A stretch of 64,000 bases of DNA from Squalus acanthias (Eukaryota): the NCBI GenBank assembly GCA_030390025.1, contig CM059431.1:103790001-103854000 (forward strand), read 5' to 3'. Both the position numbers and the translations under genes were made by a program. Shown here one piece after another: positions 12,343 through 24,795 of this stretch; the first letter of the stretch is position 1, and every line of letters begins with the position of its first letter. The notes beneath the pieces are model-generated. The model searched no databases. It saw only the letters and a program-made list of their open reading frames with translations, and had not been told where the DNA came from.

Positions 12343-13199
12343 AACTAAGTCATAGGTTTGGACTTCACAGGCCTGAATATGAACCATGAACTCCTTTAAA
12401 AAAAAAATAAAAAATCTTTTTATCCTTTCCTGTGCACCTCTGTGCACGAGTTTCTTTTTATTGACCGAACAATCTTTTGTTAAGAAGTCGCAGCGATATA
12501 ACTTAGTTACGTGTTCTATGAAAGTACATACATAGTCACTCAAAAACATAAAGATAAAACAGCTAGGTCACCCTCTTTTCTGCAAATGTCTACTCCTTCT
12601 CCACACATGGTTCTCGCCCACTTATTCTTCCAGTTTGACATTTGGATACTGATCATCAGATCAACTCTATTTATTATGAGAGACTGCGTTTGACTGCCTA
12701 ATAATCTCTTCCCAGTCTTTCTTTGTGCGATTAAGGATTCAGGTGGGGTTAATGTGCTTTGAAAAATGGAAGGTTTGTTTGCCTCGATGAACCTAAGCTT
12801 TCTGCTGATCTTAATTATAGTTGCCATTTTCCAGTGAGCTCTGCAATTGGCGCTGCCATGCATTGACTTAAAGAGGTCAAGGGCTTCATTTATGACATCT
12901 TCTGCTGCATTACTGTGAAAATTGCTAAAATCTTATGACTGCTTGTCTTAATCTCATACCAGCAGTAAGTTAAGAGGTAATGTATCACAAAACTGTGACT
13001 AATTCACTCTGTGGCAACTTAACAAGGTAAGCATCTCATTTCTGGCCATTGTCTCTTCACAGCTGAAGGTCCAAAAATAGAGCTCCTGGTCGTTTGATGT
13101 TGCACCCTTCATGGTTCAGGTTTGTGAAATGTAAAATACCTTCAGCTGTAACAGTAAATGCTGGAAACACGCAAGCAGCATCTGTGAAGAAAGAAACAA

Positions 13200-13510
13200 A
13201 GAAAGAAACAAAGACTTGCATTTCTACAGCGCCTTTCATGACCTCAGGACATCCCAAAACACTTTACAGTCAATGAAGTACTTCTGAAGTGTGGTCACTG
13301 TTGTAATGTAGGAAACGCGGCAGCCAATTTGCGCACAGCAAGCTCCCACAAACAGCAATGTGATAATGGCCAGATCGTCTGTTTTAGTGATGTTGAATGA
13401 GGAATAAATATTGACCAGGACACTGAAAATAACTCCCCTACTCTTCTTAGAAATAGTGCCATGTGGATCTTTTACATCCACCTGAGAGAGCAGACGGGGC
13501 CTCGGTTTAA
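13200..13510 (-). mobile_element. DeuSINE, 3' two-thirds
   Basis: Matches other copies. Confidence 0.85.
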
Positions 13511-13805
13511 GAACATAAGAAATAGGAGCAGGAGTCGGCCATACGGCCCCTCGAGCCTGCTCCGCCATTCAATAAGATTATGGCTGATCTTTGACCTCAA
13601 CTCCACTTTCCCGCCCGATCCCCATATCCCTTGATTCCCCGAGACTCCAAAAATCTCAGCCTTGAATATACTCAACGACTCAGCATCCACAGCCCTTCGG
13701 GGTAGAGAATTCCAAAGATTCACAACCCTCTGAGTGAATAAATTCCTCCTCATCTCAGTCCTAAATGGCCGACCCCTTATCCTGAGACTGTGACCCCTAG
13801 TCCTA
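13510..13805 (-). mobile_element. CR1 3' fragment, interrupted by Harbinger (resumes 17835-17895)
   Basis: Aligns with the CR1 at 3680-4030; sequence continues across the Harbinger at CTA. Confidence 0.85.
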
Positions 13806-14281
13806 GGGTGGAAAAATACGATGCCTTAGCGCCTCCCATTAGTGCCAGCTAACGGGGCGCTGGAGCATTCACGCTGGGGCGAGGCGAATCCCGATCCCCC
13901 GCAGTGCCGCCGCTAACAGTTACCGCCCGGAGCATCAACGGCGGGTGGATCGTGGCGTCAGTGAGTGTGCAACTCTCACTGAGCACCTGATCTGCTAAAT
14001 TGATTGTCGCCACCTACCTTAGCGCCTGGAGTAAACAGCGACAGGGAGAGCTGGCATGAAGCAGCAGGAAGCCGGCTCCAGGGATGTTATTTAAAGGGAT
14101 CGTCAGTAATGACTCGCAGCTGTCAGGTTAGTGGAGTTTCAGTGGTTTTTTGTCAGTTTCACATAGTGCAACAGTTTAATTCAGTAATTTCAAGGTTATT
14201 TTGTATGAGGAGTGTTGTGGTAACTAAAAAGTAGTTACATTTATTATTTAAAAATTCAAACTTCTACACTTGGTTACATTA

Positions 14282-15430
14282 ATGGGGGCTGTACTGGCAG
14301 TCAACCTCGCGCTCCAGGATCTATGTTGGAGGGAGCGGAGGCAGTGAGAAAGACTGGAACATGTGCCCAGAGGGAGGAGGAGGGCCATCAGGGCTCTCAA
14401 CAGGAGGCCTTACCCTCCGAGGGTATTCCGAGAGCACTTCTCCTACCTCCTATTAAGTGAGGAGCAGTGTATTGGATGGCTCTGCTTTACCAAGGAGGTG
14501 GTCACAGAACTCTGCCACCTCCTGCAACCAGACCTCCAGCCTCAGACCAGGGTGACCACGGTGCTCCCAGTGGCAGTCAAGGTCACCATTGCCCTCAATT
14601 TCTTTGCCAGCGGATCCTTCCAGTCTGCAACAGGAGACATAGCTAACATTTCACAGTTCGCCCTCCATCGCTGCATCCGGGAGGCCACAGAGGCTCTCTA
14701 CAGTAGGAGAAGGGACTACATTTCCTTCCCATCACCAGAGAGAAGCAGGACGAGCATGCGTGTGGCTTTGCCAGGATAGTGAGTTTCCCCATGATGCAGG
14801 CCGCCATTGAATGCACCCACGTGGCTTTGCAGACACCGCATAACAATCCTGAGATCTTCCGTAACCGCAAAGGCTACCACTCACTTAATGAGCAGTAGGT
14901 GTGCGACCACAGGCAGTGAATCTTCAATGTGAATGCCCGCTATCCTGGCAGCAGCCATGATGCCTTCATCCTGCGCCAGACCGTTGTACCAGCACTCTTC
15001 CAGCCACCACGTCAAACTCGTGGCTGGCTGCTCGGAGACAAGGGCTATCCGCTCTCCACCTGGCTCATGGTTCCCCTCCGCAACCCCAACACTCCCGCCC
15101 AGCACTCATATAATGAGAGCCATGCTACCACCAGGAACATCATTGAGCAGACCATCGGCCTACTGAAGCAACGGTTCTGCTGCCTTGACCGCTCGGGAGA
15201 AGCCCTCCAGTACTCAGCTGAGCGGGTGTCCCATTTCGTCGTGGCGCAGCCCTTGCCACCAGGGATTGCGGGACAACCTCAGGAGGAGGAAGAAGGAGAG
15301 GAGGAGGATGAGGAGGAAGAGGAAGAAGAGGAGGACGAGGAACAGGAGTGAGGTAAGAAGCATCCACTGAATTGGCCTTCCGGAAGGGCGGTCCGTGATC
15401 GCCTCATCAGACTGCGGTTTGAATGGATTA
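14282..15430 (+). pseudogene. Harbinger DDE transposase (HARBI1-like)
   Basis: [66 protein letters not shown]; stops and frameshifts; acidic tail. Confidence 0.92.
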
Positions 15431-15588
15431 AACCCCAGATCCCCATTGTTCACCACATCCCCATCATTCCATCCCTGTCGCAGGCCATATCACAGCGCAA
15501 AGCTGAAATGAGAGACACCACAAAAGAATCCAAACTGAATTAATACATTTATCAATAATCAGTGAACACATATTTACAACAATATTAA

Positions 15589-17484
15589 CTATTCACCCTT
15601 GTACAATCCTTTAGTGCCTCTCGTTACTGTGCCTTTGCCTACTCTAGTGCTCCTACGAAGTGTTGGCCCAGTGGCTGCAGCATGGCTGGTGGAAGGCTGC
15701 TGAGTGTCCGTGCGGGAAACTTCAGATGGTCTTGCAGGACGTCCTCGACCAGCTCTGGGCCTGGAAGGCCCGGCTCTAGACTGCACCACCTCAGCATGGG
15801 CGGCAGTAGTCTGGGCTGGCTGGATGACAGGCAGCGACAAGGACAATGGCGGTGTGGCAGTGGTGGGAGCAGGAATGCTGTCATCCTGAGAGAGGACAGC
15901 AGCTTCCTGCTCCACTGACCCGCTGCCACTCCCCCGGGGCAGCACCTCAGCATCCCTAGCAATCTGTTGGAACACAGATTGCTGGCCTGCTCCGACACCG
16001 TGAAAGCTCCGGTGGAAAGTGGTCAGCCCAGCCACGATGGCAGCAGTCAGAACTTGCGTGGCATCAAGTTAAGACTGCATGAGAGCAGTCTGAGATTGGA
16101 TGCCACCAACCATAGACTCCATTACAGCACTAAGAGGTTGCGTTGCTACCGCCTGTGCTGCAATGGAAGCTGCGACATCGCCCATCACACGCGGCATCAG
16201 GTCTGGGTCGCCACGGTCTCTCTGGGAGTCTACCATCCTTTGCAGACTGAAAATGATGGGCTCCATGGTGTGTGCAGAGCTCTGTGCAATGTTGGAGATG
16301 GACTCCTCCACACACCTTATCATTGCTGAGAGGCTGTCGGGCACCCTTGCCATTGCACCTATCATCTCCGTGTGCATGCCCATCACCCTTTTTCTAAAAG
16401 CCTCCCCATCGAGGTCTTCATCTGAGTCGTGTGCAGCAGAACTCGCACGTGAACTCGCCCTCCGGGGAGCTGACTCCCAAGCTACCCTTTTCCCCTGGCC
16501 TTGCTGCAGCCCGCTCATCCCCGGTGTCTCACCCTGTGCAGATCCCGCTACTATACTAGCCTCTAAAGAATGCGTAGTGCCAGTATCTGAGCTGGTGCCT
16601 GCGGGTGAGACATGCAGTGACGCGGTGTGTTGTTCCTCCTCCTCTTCTCCCGCCTCGCTCCCTACGGTGCACTCAGGGACAGGCTGCTCAGGTGCTTGCT
16701 CATTATCTGAAAGTATAAAGGCACAAGATTCAGGTTAAGGTGAGGGGAGGGGGGCAGGAAGGGAGAAATGCATGCATACAAGCATGAATAGCTAGAAAGT
16801 GCGAAACGCTTGTGGGGTGAGGGGGAAGTGGGATGTGAGAAGAAGGAGTAGGGATGAACATACTGTTGTTGTCCCCAAGGGGGTCAATGTCACCGGTGGC
16901 CACGGCGCCCACCACCTGGCGCCCAATAATCTCCAGCACTCCATTCTCCAGCGCAGACAGTGGTTGGGTGTCGGCTCATCCCCCGTCTGCGCACTCCTGC
17001 TCCCTCCTGTTGAGAGCCACCTTGGCCTGCAAGAGAAAGGAAAGTGTGTGAGTGAGTGTGGAGCAATGTGTTTGGATGACGTGCTTTCCATAGTTTAATA
17101 GCTGTCATTGTGTGCAAGGTGTGAGATGTGGGTGTGAGTGTTGGTAGGAGGAGATTGTTGGTGGGTGACGCTGGGGGCGTGGTGCTTTGGCCAGTGTGTG
17201 AAGACTGTGGTTCAGATTGTGGTATGCAGCATTTGTTGAAGCATTGACTCACCCTGACCACCCGAGTGAGGTCGTTAAATTTCTTCCTGCACTGTGTGAG
17301 GGTCCTGGGGACCACAGTGCTGCCCGAGACGTGCTGGGCTACCTCCCTCCACATGGTGCGGAAGACTTGCGGTGAGGGCCTCCTGCCACTTGTCGGGTAG
17401 AGCACCGCCCTCCGTCTCTCCACAGCAAAGACCAGCGCCTCCAATGCTTGATCGCAGAATCTTCAGGTTCTCTCCCTGGGGCAT
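15589..17484 (-). pseudogene. Harbinger Myb/SANT-like DNA-binding protein, 3 exons (17484-17253, 17026-16864, 16706-15589)
   Basis: EALVFAVERRRAVLYP..MWREVAQHV..RTLTQCRKKFNDL; GT-AG introns keep frame; in-frame stops in exons 2 and 3. Confidence 0.85.
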
Positions 17485-18629
17485 GGATCTGCCATCAGTT
17501 CAGCTGCTTCAGTCCTTCTGCTCCTTCTCCTTGACCTGCTGCTGCCTGTTGAGGCAGCTGCACAGCCAGCAATGCTGAGAATGAGGTTCTGCAGCATCAA
17601 TGGACCTCCCCTTTAGGTAGTGAAAAAAGCCTGTGGCAATCATGACTTGCAATTAGACTACACCCTTTGAGTATAACGCCAATGAGCTTGGGCTTTAAGA
17701 CTTGAAATAGAGCTCCAATCATTTCTTTGAGCAGTGAGCATGAATTTTCGGTGCAGTCTAAAGCATTAGCACATGACGGTAATTCTCCAACTCTTCTAAT
17801 GATACCGCCCATTCCTGGGCTATAATGAATTTCTCTAGATTCTCCAGCCAGGGGAATCAACCTCTCAGCATCTATCCTGTCAATCTCCTTCTGAATAATG
17901 GAGTGGTACATTTGTCTTTGTATTTTGAGGTGGGAGGTACATTCGGAATGTGGAACTGAATAAATAAAAACATATCCTTAGTCTAATTAACTGTGCAGGG
18001 AATATTATAATGCTTTGCAAACAAAGAGCTGGAACAGCAAGCTAGTTCTATTTGGTAACATAATTGTGCAACAAAAACTTCATAAAAGCTTTATTTATTT
18101 TTAAAAGTATTAGCTATTCTTCAGGTCTTCCAGTGCTGGGCAGACGGGGTAGCCAGGGAAATGGCTCCCAGCTCTCTGCAGCCTTGATCCACGGCAGCAG
18201 TCTACCAAATTTTCCCTCCCCAATTCCCAGTAGAGAGGCTCCATGCTCTACATCCCATTTGACAGCACCAGCAATGTGTGGATTGGGAAAATTTTCAGTA
18301 GAAATTCACATCCCACCACTCTGATATATCACAGTGTAACAGTAATGCACGGTGCAAAATCTATTCATCTTAACATTTGAGCCTATTACTACTCATCAAT
18401 TAGCTTTCTTTATGTTATTGCTATCGTACCTATCTCTTCTTTTAAATGCATTATTGAGGAAACCTCGGTGAAGGGTTAGGATCCATAACATGGCACCATT
18501 AAGGTTGAAAAACAGGAGGAGAAACAAAGTAAATCGAGAAGTCGTGGCTAGGTCAAGCAATGCTCAAATATTATAAGCCTGGGCCTTGAAGGGGGAGGGA
18601 AGAAAACTAGGAGGTAAGAATTCCAGTTT

Positions 18630-19300
18630 TAAGGCCTAACATCTCATCTGAAAGACGGCACCTCCGACAGTGCTGCTCTCCCTCAGTACTGCACTGGAGT
18701 GTTAACCTAGATCTATTTTTTTTATATTTGTTTTTATGGGATGTGGGCGTTGCTGGCAAGGCCGGCATTTATTGCCCATCCCGAATTGCCCTTGAGAAGG
18801 TGGTGGTGAGCCGCCTTCTTGAACCGCTGCAGTCCGTGTGGTGAAGGTGCTCCCACAGTGCTGTTAGGGAGGGAATTCCAGGGAACGGTAGTGTAATGGT
18901 AATGTCACTGGAGCTAGTAATCCAGTAGGCCTGGACTAATGATCCAGAGATACGAGTTCAAATCCCACCACAGCAGCTGGGGAATTTAAATTCAGTTAAT
19001 TAAATAAATCTGGAATAATTACTAGTATCAGTAATGGTGACCATGTAATTATTGGATTGTTGTAAAAACCCATCTGGTTCACTACTGTCCTTTAGGAAAG
19101 GAAATCCTCTGGCCTATATGGTGACTTCAGACCCACAGCAATGTTGGTTGACTCTGAACTGGCCTAGTGAGCTACTCAGTTGTAACAAACTGCTATGAAA
19201 CAAAAAAAGATCTATTGTGCTCAAGTCTCTGTGAGTGGGACTTGAACCATGCAACTTTCTGACCCTGAGGCGAGAGTGCTACCCACTGAGCCACAGCTGA
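18630..19300 (-). mobile_element. DeuSINE 5' half split by a rearranged LINE-derived insertion
   Basis: SINE sequence at 18630-18718 resumes at 19208-19300. Confidence 0.8.
18719..19207. mobile_element. 5'-inverted insertion: LINE 3' tail (-) joined to tRNA-like 5' head (+)
   Basis: 18719-18882 matches 58090-58250; 18882-19207 matches the reverse complement of ~60950-61290; TSD AGATCTATT. Confidence 0.85.
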
Positions 19301-19470
19301 GAGAGAAACAGGGTTAACATTTCAGGTCAATGAACTGCAAGATGTTAGAGATTTAAGAGGTTTTTATGCAAGTACAGAGCCAGGGAGAAAGGGATGGTGG
19401 GGTGGGTGTGGGAAGGGGAAGAGAACAGAAAGGGAATGTCTGTGATCGGGTGGAGGGCAGGAGTGATTAA
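19298..19470 (-). mobile_element. Penelope-like 3' fragment with partly deleted hammerhead
   Basis: Reverse complement resembles 49180-49350 (GACCTGAAATGTTAAC). Confidence 0.65.
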
Positions 19471-20394
19471 AGGGGGTGGCACAGATTTTTTTTTTGCCTG
19501 TCTTTAATTTCCAGTACAGACAAATGCAAGTTGTCTCATTAGCTGTTGGCCACCTAAGATGTGAAATGTAAATTTGTGCAAAAAAAACAGCTTTCATTTG
19601 GGAAGCTAAGTTGTTTATTTTGTTTCCTGTGGGTTACTTTGCTTCCCAGCTCCCAGCGTGATCGGCGGATTAGTTGTCCAGACACTTGATTTTTTTTGTG
19701 GTTAAATGGCTACACAATGAAGTAAAGCCGTGCTGTGCTGGGAAAGCTCGAACCTTTTAGAAAATGCCTACGGCAAAGATAACAGCCAGTCTAGCAGAAC
19801 AAACACCTGATCTCCATGCAGAAATAAGGAAGGGTAAAACAGAAAATAACAAGCAGAGCCCAGTTACCGAGGGTCTTACAGATACAAGCATTTACCTTTT
19901 AATATTTGACCAGGCCATGGGGCGGTCAGTGTAATGTTATTCACTCAAATCCTCTTTCTCATACACCCTGTTACTACATCAGGTGTGATTCCCTTGTTGA
20001 CTGGTGTACAAGACGAGACTCCTAGGTGTCTTTCTCTTGGCTTTATTTTACTTCCAGCCCCAGAGCAACTTTTCTTCCCCAGGGTTTATGGATTTGTTTC
20101 TCTCTTTTTTTTTTAACCATTTAGTTTATAGAACAAAAGAGAAATAATGTTGTAAAGATGCTTCACGTGAATGACCAGCTAAGTGAAACGATGGCTAGTA
20201 TTCTGTAAACATCAGGAAATTCGCAGGTGATTAAAATTTAAATATATACGGTTGAAGGGAAACAAGCTAACACTTCCGGTTTGTCCAATTGGTGGGTGAT
20301 TTCATTACTAGCTGGCGATATGGAATGACTTTAACTGGAGGAAACTCCTCATGGCTCTTCTTTCCAGCTCTTTTCCAGCACTGAATTCAGGTCC

Positions 20395-20625
20395 ACTGCA
20401 CAGTATTGCTGTCTTTTGGATGAGACGTTAAACCGAGGCCCCGTCTGCTCTCTCAGGTGGACGTAAAAGATCCCGCGGCCACTATTTCGAAGAAGAGCAG
20501 GGGAGTTCTCCCCGGTGTCCTGCCTCACATTTATCCTTCAACCAACACCATTAAAACAGATTACCCGGTCAGTATCACATTGCTCTTTGTGGGAGCTTGC
20601 TGTGCACAAATTGGCTGCCACATTT
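20395..20625 (+). mobile_element. DeuSINE central fragment
   Basis: Deu core match. Confidence 0.85.
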
Positions 20626-21076
20626 CAACAACAACAACAACAACTTGTATTTATACAGCGCCTTTAATGTAGTAAAACGTCCCAAGGCGCTGCACAGGAG
20701 TGTTATAAGACGAAAAAAAATTGACACCGAGCCACATAATGAGAAATTAGGGCAGATGACCAAAAGCTTGGTCAAAGAGGTAGGTTTTTAAGGAGCGTCT
20801 TAAAGGAGGAAAGAGAGGTAGTGAGGCGGAGAGGTTTAGGCAGGGAATTCCAGAGCTTAGGGCCTAGGCAACAGAAGGCACGGCCACCTATGGTTGAGCG
20901 ATTATAATCAGGGATGCTCAAGAGGGCAGAATTAGAGGAGCGCAGATATCTCGGGGAGGGTTGTGGGGCTGAAGGAGATAGAAACATAGAAACATAGAAG
21001 ATAGGAGCAGGAGTAGGCCATTCGGCCCCTCGAACCTGCTCCGCCATTCGATGAGATCATGGCTGATCATCTAAAC

Positions 21077-24000
21077 TCAGTACCCTGTACCTGCCTTCTC
21101 CCCATATCCCTTGATACCTTTAGCTTTAAGAAATATATCTAACTCATCCTTGAATATATTTAATGACTTCGCCTCAACTACCTTCTGTGGTAGAGAATTC
21201 CACAGGTTCACCACTCTCTGGGTGAAGAAATTCTTCCTCATTTCTGTCCTAAATGGTTTACCCGTTATCCGTAGACTATGACCCCTGGTTCTGGACTCTC
21301 CGACCATCGGGAACATTCTTCCTGCATCTAGTTTGTCCAGACCTGTCAGAATTTTATATGTTTCGATGAGATCCCCTCTCATTCTTCTATACTCCAGTGA
21401 GTATAAGCCCAATCGACCCAATCTCTCCTCATATGTCATTCCTGCCATCCCAGGTATCAGCCTTGTGAATCTTCGCTGAACTCCTTCCATGGCAAGAACA
21501 TCCTTCCTCAGATAAGGCGACCAAAACTGCACACAGTACTCAAGGTGTTGTCTCACCAAGGCCCTGTACAACTGCAGCAGGACATCCCTGTTCCTATACT
21601 CAAACCCTTTCGCTATGAAGGCCAACATACCATTTGCCTTCTTCACCGCCTGCTGCACCTGCATGCTTACTTTCAGCGACTGGTGCACAAGGACACCCAG
21701 GTCTCGTTGCACTTCCCCTTCTCCCAATCTATTTCCATTCAGATAATAGTCTGCCTTTCTGTTTTTGACACCAAAGTGGATAACCTCGCACTTATCCACG
21801 TTATATTGCACCTGCCACGCTTCTGCCCACTCACCCAACCTGTCCAGATCATCCTGGAGTTTCTCGCTATTCTCCTCGCTGCACACACTCCCACCCAGCT
21901 TTGTGTCATCTGCAAACTTGGAGATATTACATTTAATTCCCTTATCTAGATCATTAATGTATATTGTGAATAGCTGGGGTCCAAGGACCGATCCCTGCGG
22001 TACCCCACTAGTCACTGCTTGCCACTCGGAAAAAGACCCATTAATTCCTACGCTCTGCTTTCTGTCCGCCAACCAGTTCTCTATCCAAGTCAATACCTTG
22101 CCCCCAATCCCATGTGCCTTAACTTTACCCGCTAATCTCTTATGCGGGACCTTATCGAAAGCCTTTTGAAAGTCCAAATACACCACATCTACTGGTTCTC
22201 CCTTATCTATTTTCCCAGTTACAGCCTCAAAAAATTCCAGTAGATTAGTCAAGCACGATTTACCTTTTGTAAATCCATGTTGACTTTTTCCGATCCTGTC
22301 ACTGTTTTTCAAATGCTCAGCTATTACATCCTTTATAATGGACTCTAGCATTTTCCCCACTACCGATGTCAGGCTTACCGGTCTGTAATTCCCCGCTTTC
22401 TCTCTACCACCCTTTTTGAATAGTGGGGTAACATTAGCTACCCTCCAATCCATGGGTACAGTTCCAGATTCCATCGAATGTTGGAAGATGATCAGCAATG
22501 CATCTACTATTTCTAGGGCCACTTACTTAAGTACCCTAGGATGTAGATTATCAGGCCCTGGGGATTTATCGGCCTTCAATACCGTCAATTTCCCTAACAC
22601 CATTTCCCTGCAAATACTGATTTCTTTCAGTTCCTCCCTTTCATCAGACCGTATGTTCTCCAACATCTCTGGGAGGTTATTTGTGTCCTCCTTTGTGAAG
22701 ACAGAACCAAAATATGCATTTAATTGGGCTGCCATTTCTTTGTTCCCCATTATAACTTCCCCCGCTTCTGACTGCAAGGGACCTACACTTGATTTCACTA
22801 ATCTTTTTCTCTTCACATATCTATAAAAGCTCTTACAGTCAGTTTTTATGTTCCCAGCAAGCTTACTTTCATATTCTATTTTCCCCTTCTTAATTAATCC
22901 CTTTGTCCTCCTTTGTTGAATCCTAAACTGCTCCCAATCCTCAGGGCTACCGCTTTTTCTGGCCAATTTATATGCCCTCTCCTTGGATCTTATGCTATCC
23001 CTAATTTCCCTTGTTAGCCACGGTTGAGTCACCCTTTTTGTTTTATTCTTATGCCGCACTGGGATGTACAAATTCTGTAGTTCATCCATGCAGTCTTTGA
23101 ATGTTTGCCATTGCCTATCCACCGTCAACCCCTTGAGTGACATTCCCCAATCAATCCTACCCAATTCGTGCCTCATACCATCGTAGTTTCCTTTATTTAA
23201 ATTCAGGACCCTAGTCTCTGATTCAACTACTTCACTCTCCATCCTAATGAAGAATTCTATCATATTATGATCACTCTGACCCAAGGGGCCTCGTACAACA
23301 AGATTGCTAATTAATCCTTTCTCGTTGCATAATACCCAGTCTAAGATGGCCTGATCTCTGGTTGGTTCCTCGACATATTGTTCCAGAAAACCATCTCGTA
23401 AACATTCTAGGAATTCCTCCTCCACAGTATTTTTACTAATTTGGTTAGCCCAATCTATGGCCCAAAAATTAGTGTTGCTACGCGAGAGTACGCACTGTGT
23501 ACTCTCGCGTATTCTGTCTCCAATTGCCGGTTTTCTGCATGCACTGCGCATGCGCTGAAAACCGGCACTTGTTGGTGATTTCAAAAGGGGGCGGTTCCTA
23601 GGTGAACCGCGTGCGCGCTACAGGCTGCGCGCACGCAGTGCACTTAGTGCTTTGAACGCGCAGGTAAGCATGGAAGATTTTGCACATAAAGAAAGGAGGC
23701 GTAAGACCCTCTTTTAACAAGGTAAGTAGTTAATTAAGTATTATTTTGAATTTTTTTCAACAGGTATATCTTTTTTAGAGACTTTAAAGAAAGGTAAGTT
23801 TATTTTTATAACTTTTTAAAAGATTTTAAATTTTTTCAAAAATTTAATTTTTTGTTTAAAATGGTTAATTTATTTATCTATACTTATTTTATTAATGTGA
23901 TGGTTTTTAAAAAAAAATTAATTGAGGTTTAGCTGTTCTTTTGGGGGGGTATAGATTCATAGCTTTCACAGCACTTTTGTGAAAGCTATGAATGAAAGAT

Positions 24001-24640
24001 GGTGTGCTGCCATTGGCTCTAACTGAGTCACGTGATCCCACAGCTCGCACGAATTAACTGCGCCTGTGGGATACGGAAGCCCTGCACAGCTGCTGTCCAG
24101 AACATCAGGTTCGTGCGAGCTGGGAATGAAAAAGCCAGCGCGCAGTGAGAGATCGCGGGGAAGCCTTACCCTCGCACGAAGGCTCCGTCACTAATTTTTG
24201 GGCCATTATGTAAATTAAAGTCACCCATGCTGACTGCTGTGCCCTTACTGCATGCTTCTCTAATTTCCCTTTTAATGCCGTCCCCAACCTCCGTATTACT
24301 GTTTGGAGGTCTATATACCACTCCCACTAACATTTTCTGCCCCTTGTTATTTCTCAGTTCTACCCATTCAGATTCCGCATCATCAGAGCTAATATCCTTC
24401 CTTTCAATTGTGTTAATCCCCTCTTTAACCAGCAATGCTACCCCACCTCCCTTTCTTTTTTGCCTATCTTTCCTAAATATTGAATAACCCTGGATGTTGA
24501 GTTCCCAGCCTTGGCCACCCTGGAGCCATGTTTCTGTAATCCCAATCAAATCGTATTCATTTACCTCTATTTGCGCAGCTAATTCATCCACCTTGTTCCG
24601 AATGCTCCTTGCATTAAGACACAAAGCCTTCAGGCTTGTT
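21077..24640 (-). pseudogene. CR1 ORF2p (APE + RT), broken by one stop (22523-22525) and one MITE
   Basis: CLNARSIRNK, GITETW, VYRPP, GDFN, SDHN, DFQKAFDKV, GVPQGSVLGP, KFADD. Confidence 0.95.
23459..24204 (+). mobile_element. 746-bp MITE nested in CR1 endonuclease
   Basis: Perfect TIR GGCCCAAAAATTAGTG; splits GDFNLH/IDWAN; close copy at 54531-55273. Confidence 0.93.
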
Positions 24641-24795
24641 TTTTAACGCTGAATTATTATTTACTGTGACCATGTTTGATTTAAACCGTTGAGTTCTTTG
24701 CCTTCTACTTTTGTTTTTCTCCTTCCTGTCTTTAGCTTTTATCCTTATTTCCCTTTCCTCTGTCTCCCTGCTCAGGTTCGCAACCCCCTGCCACT

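Larger units (their letters stand above)
13806..17834 (+). mobile_element. PIF/Harbinger DNA transposon, decayed two-gene copy
   Basis: Convergent transposase and Myb/SANT genes; left end GGGTGGAAAAAT; CTA at 13803-13805 and 17835-17837; right TIR eroded. Confidence 0.88.

Noticed and set aside
14282..17484. Domesticated HARBI1/NAIF1-like host genes
   Set aside because: Both carry stops/frameshifts and lie within a transposon nested in a CR1
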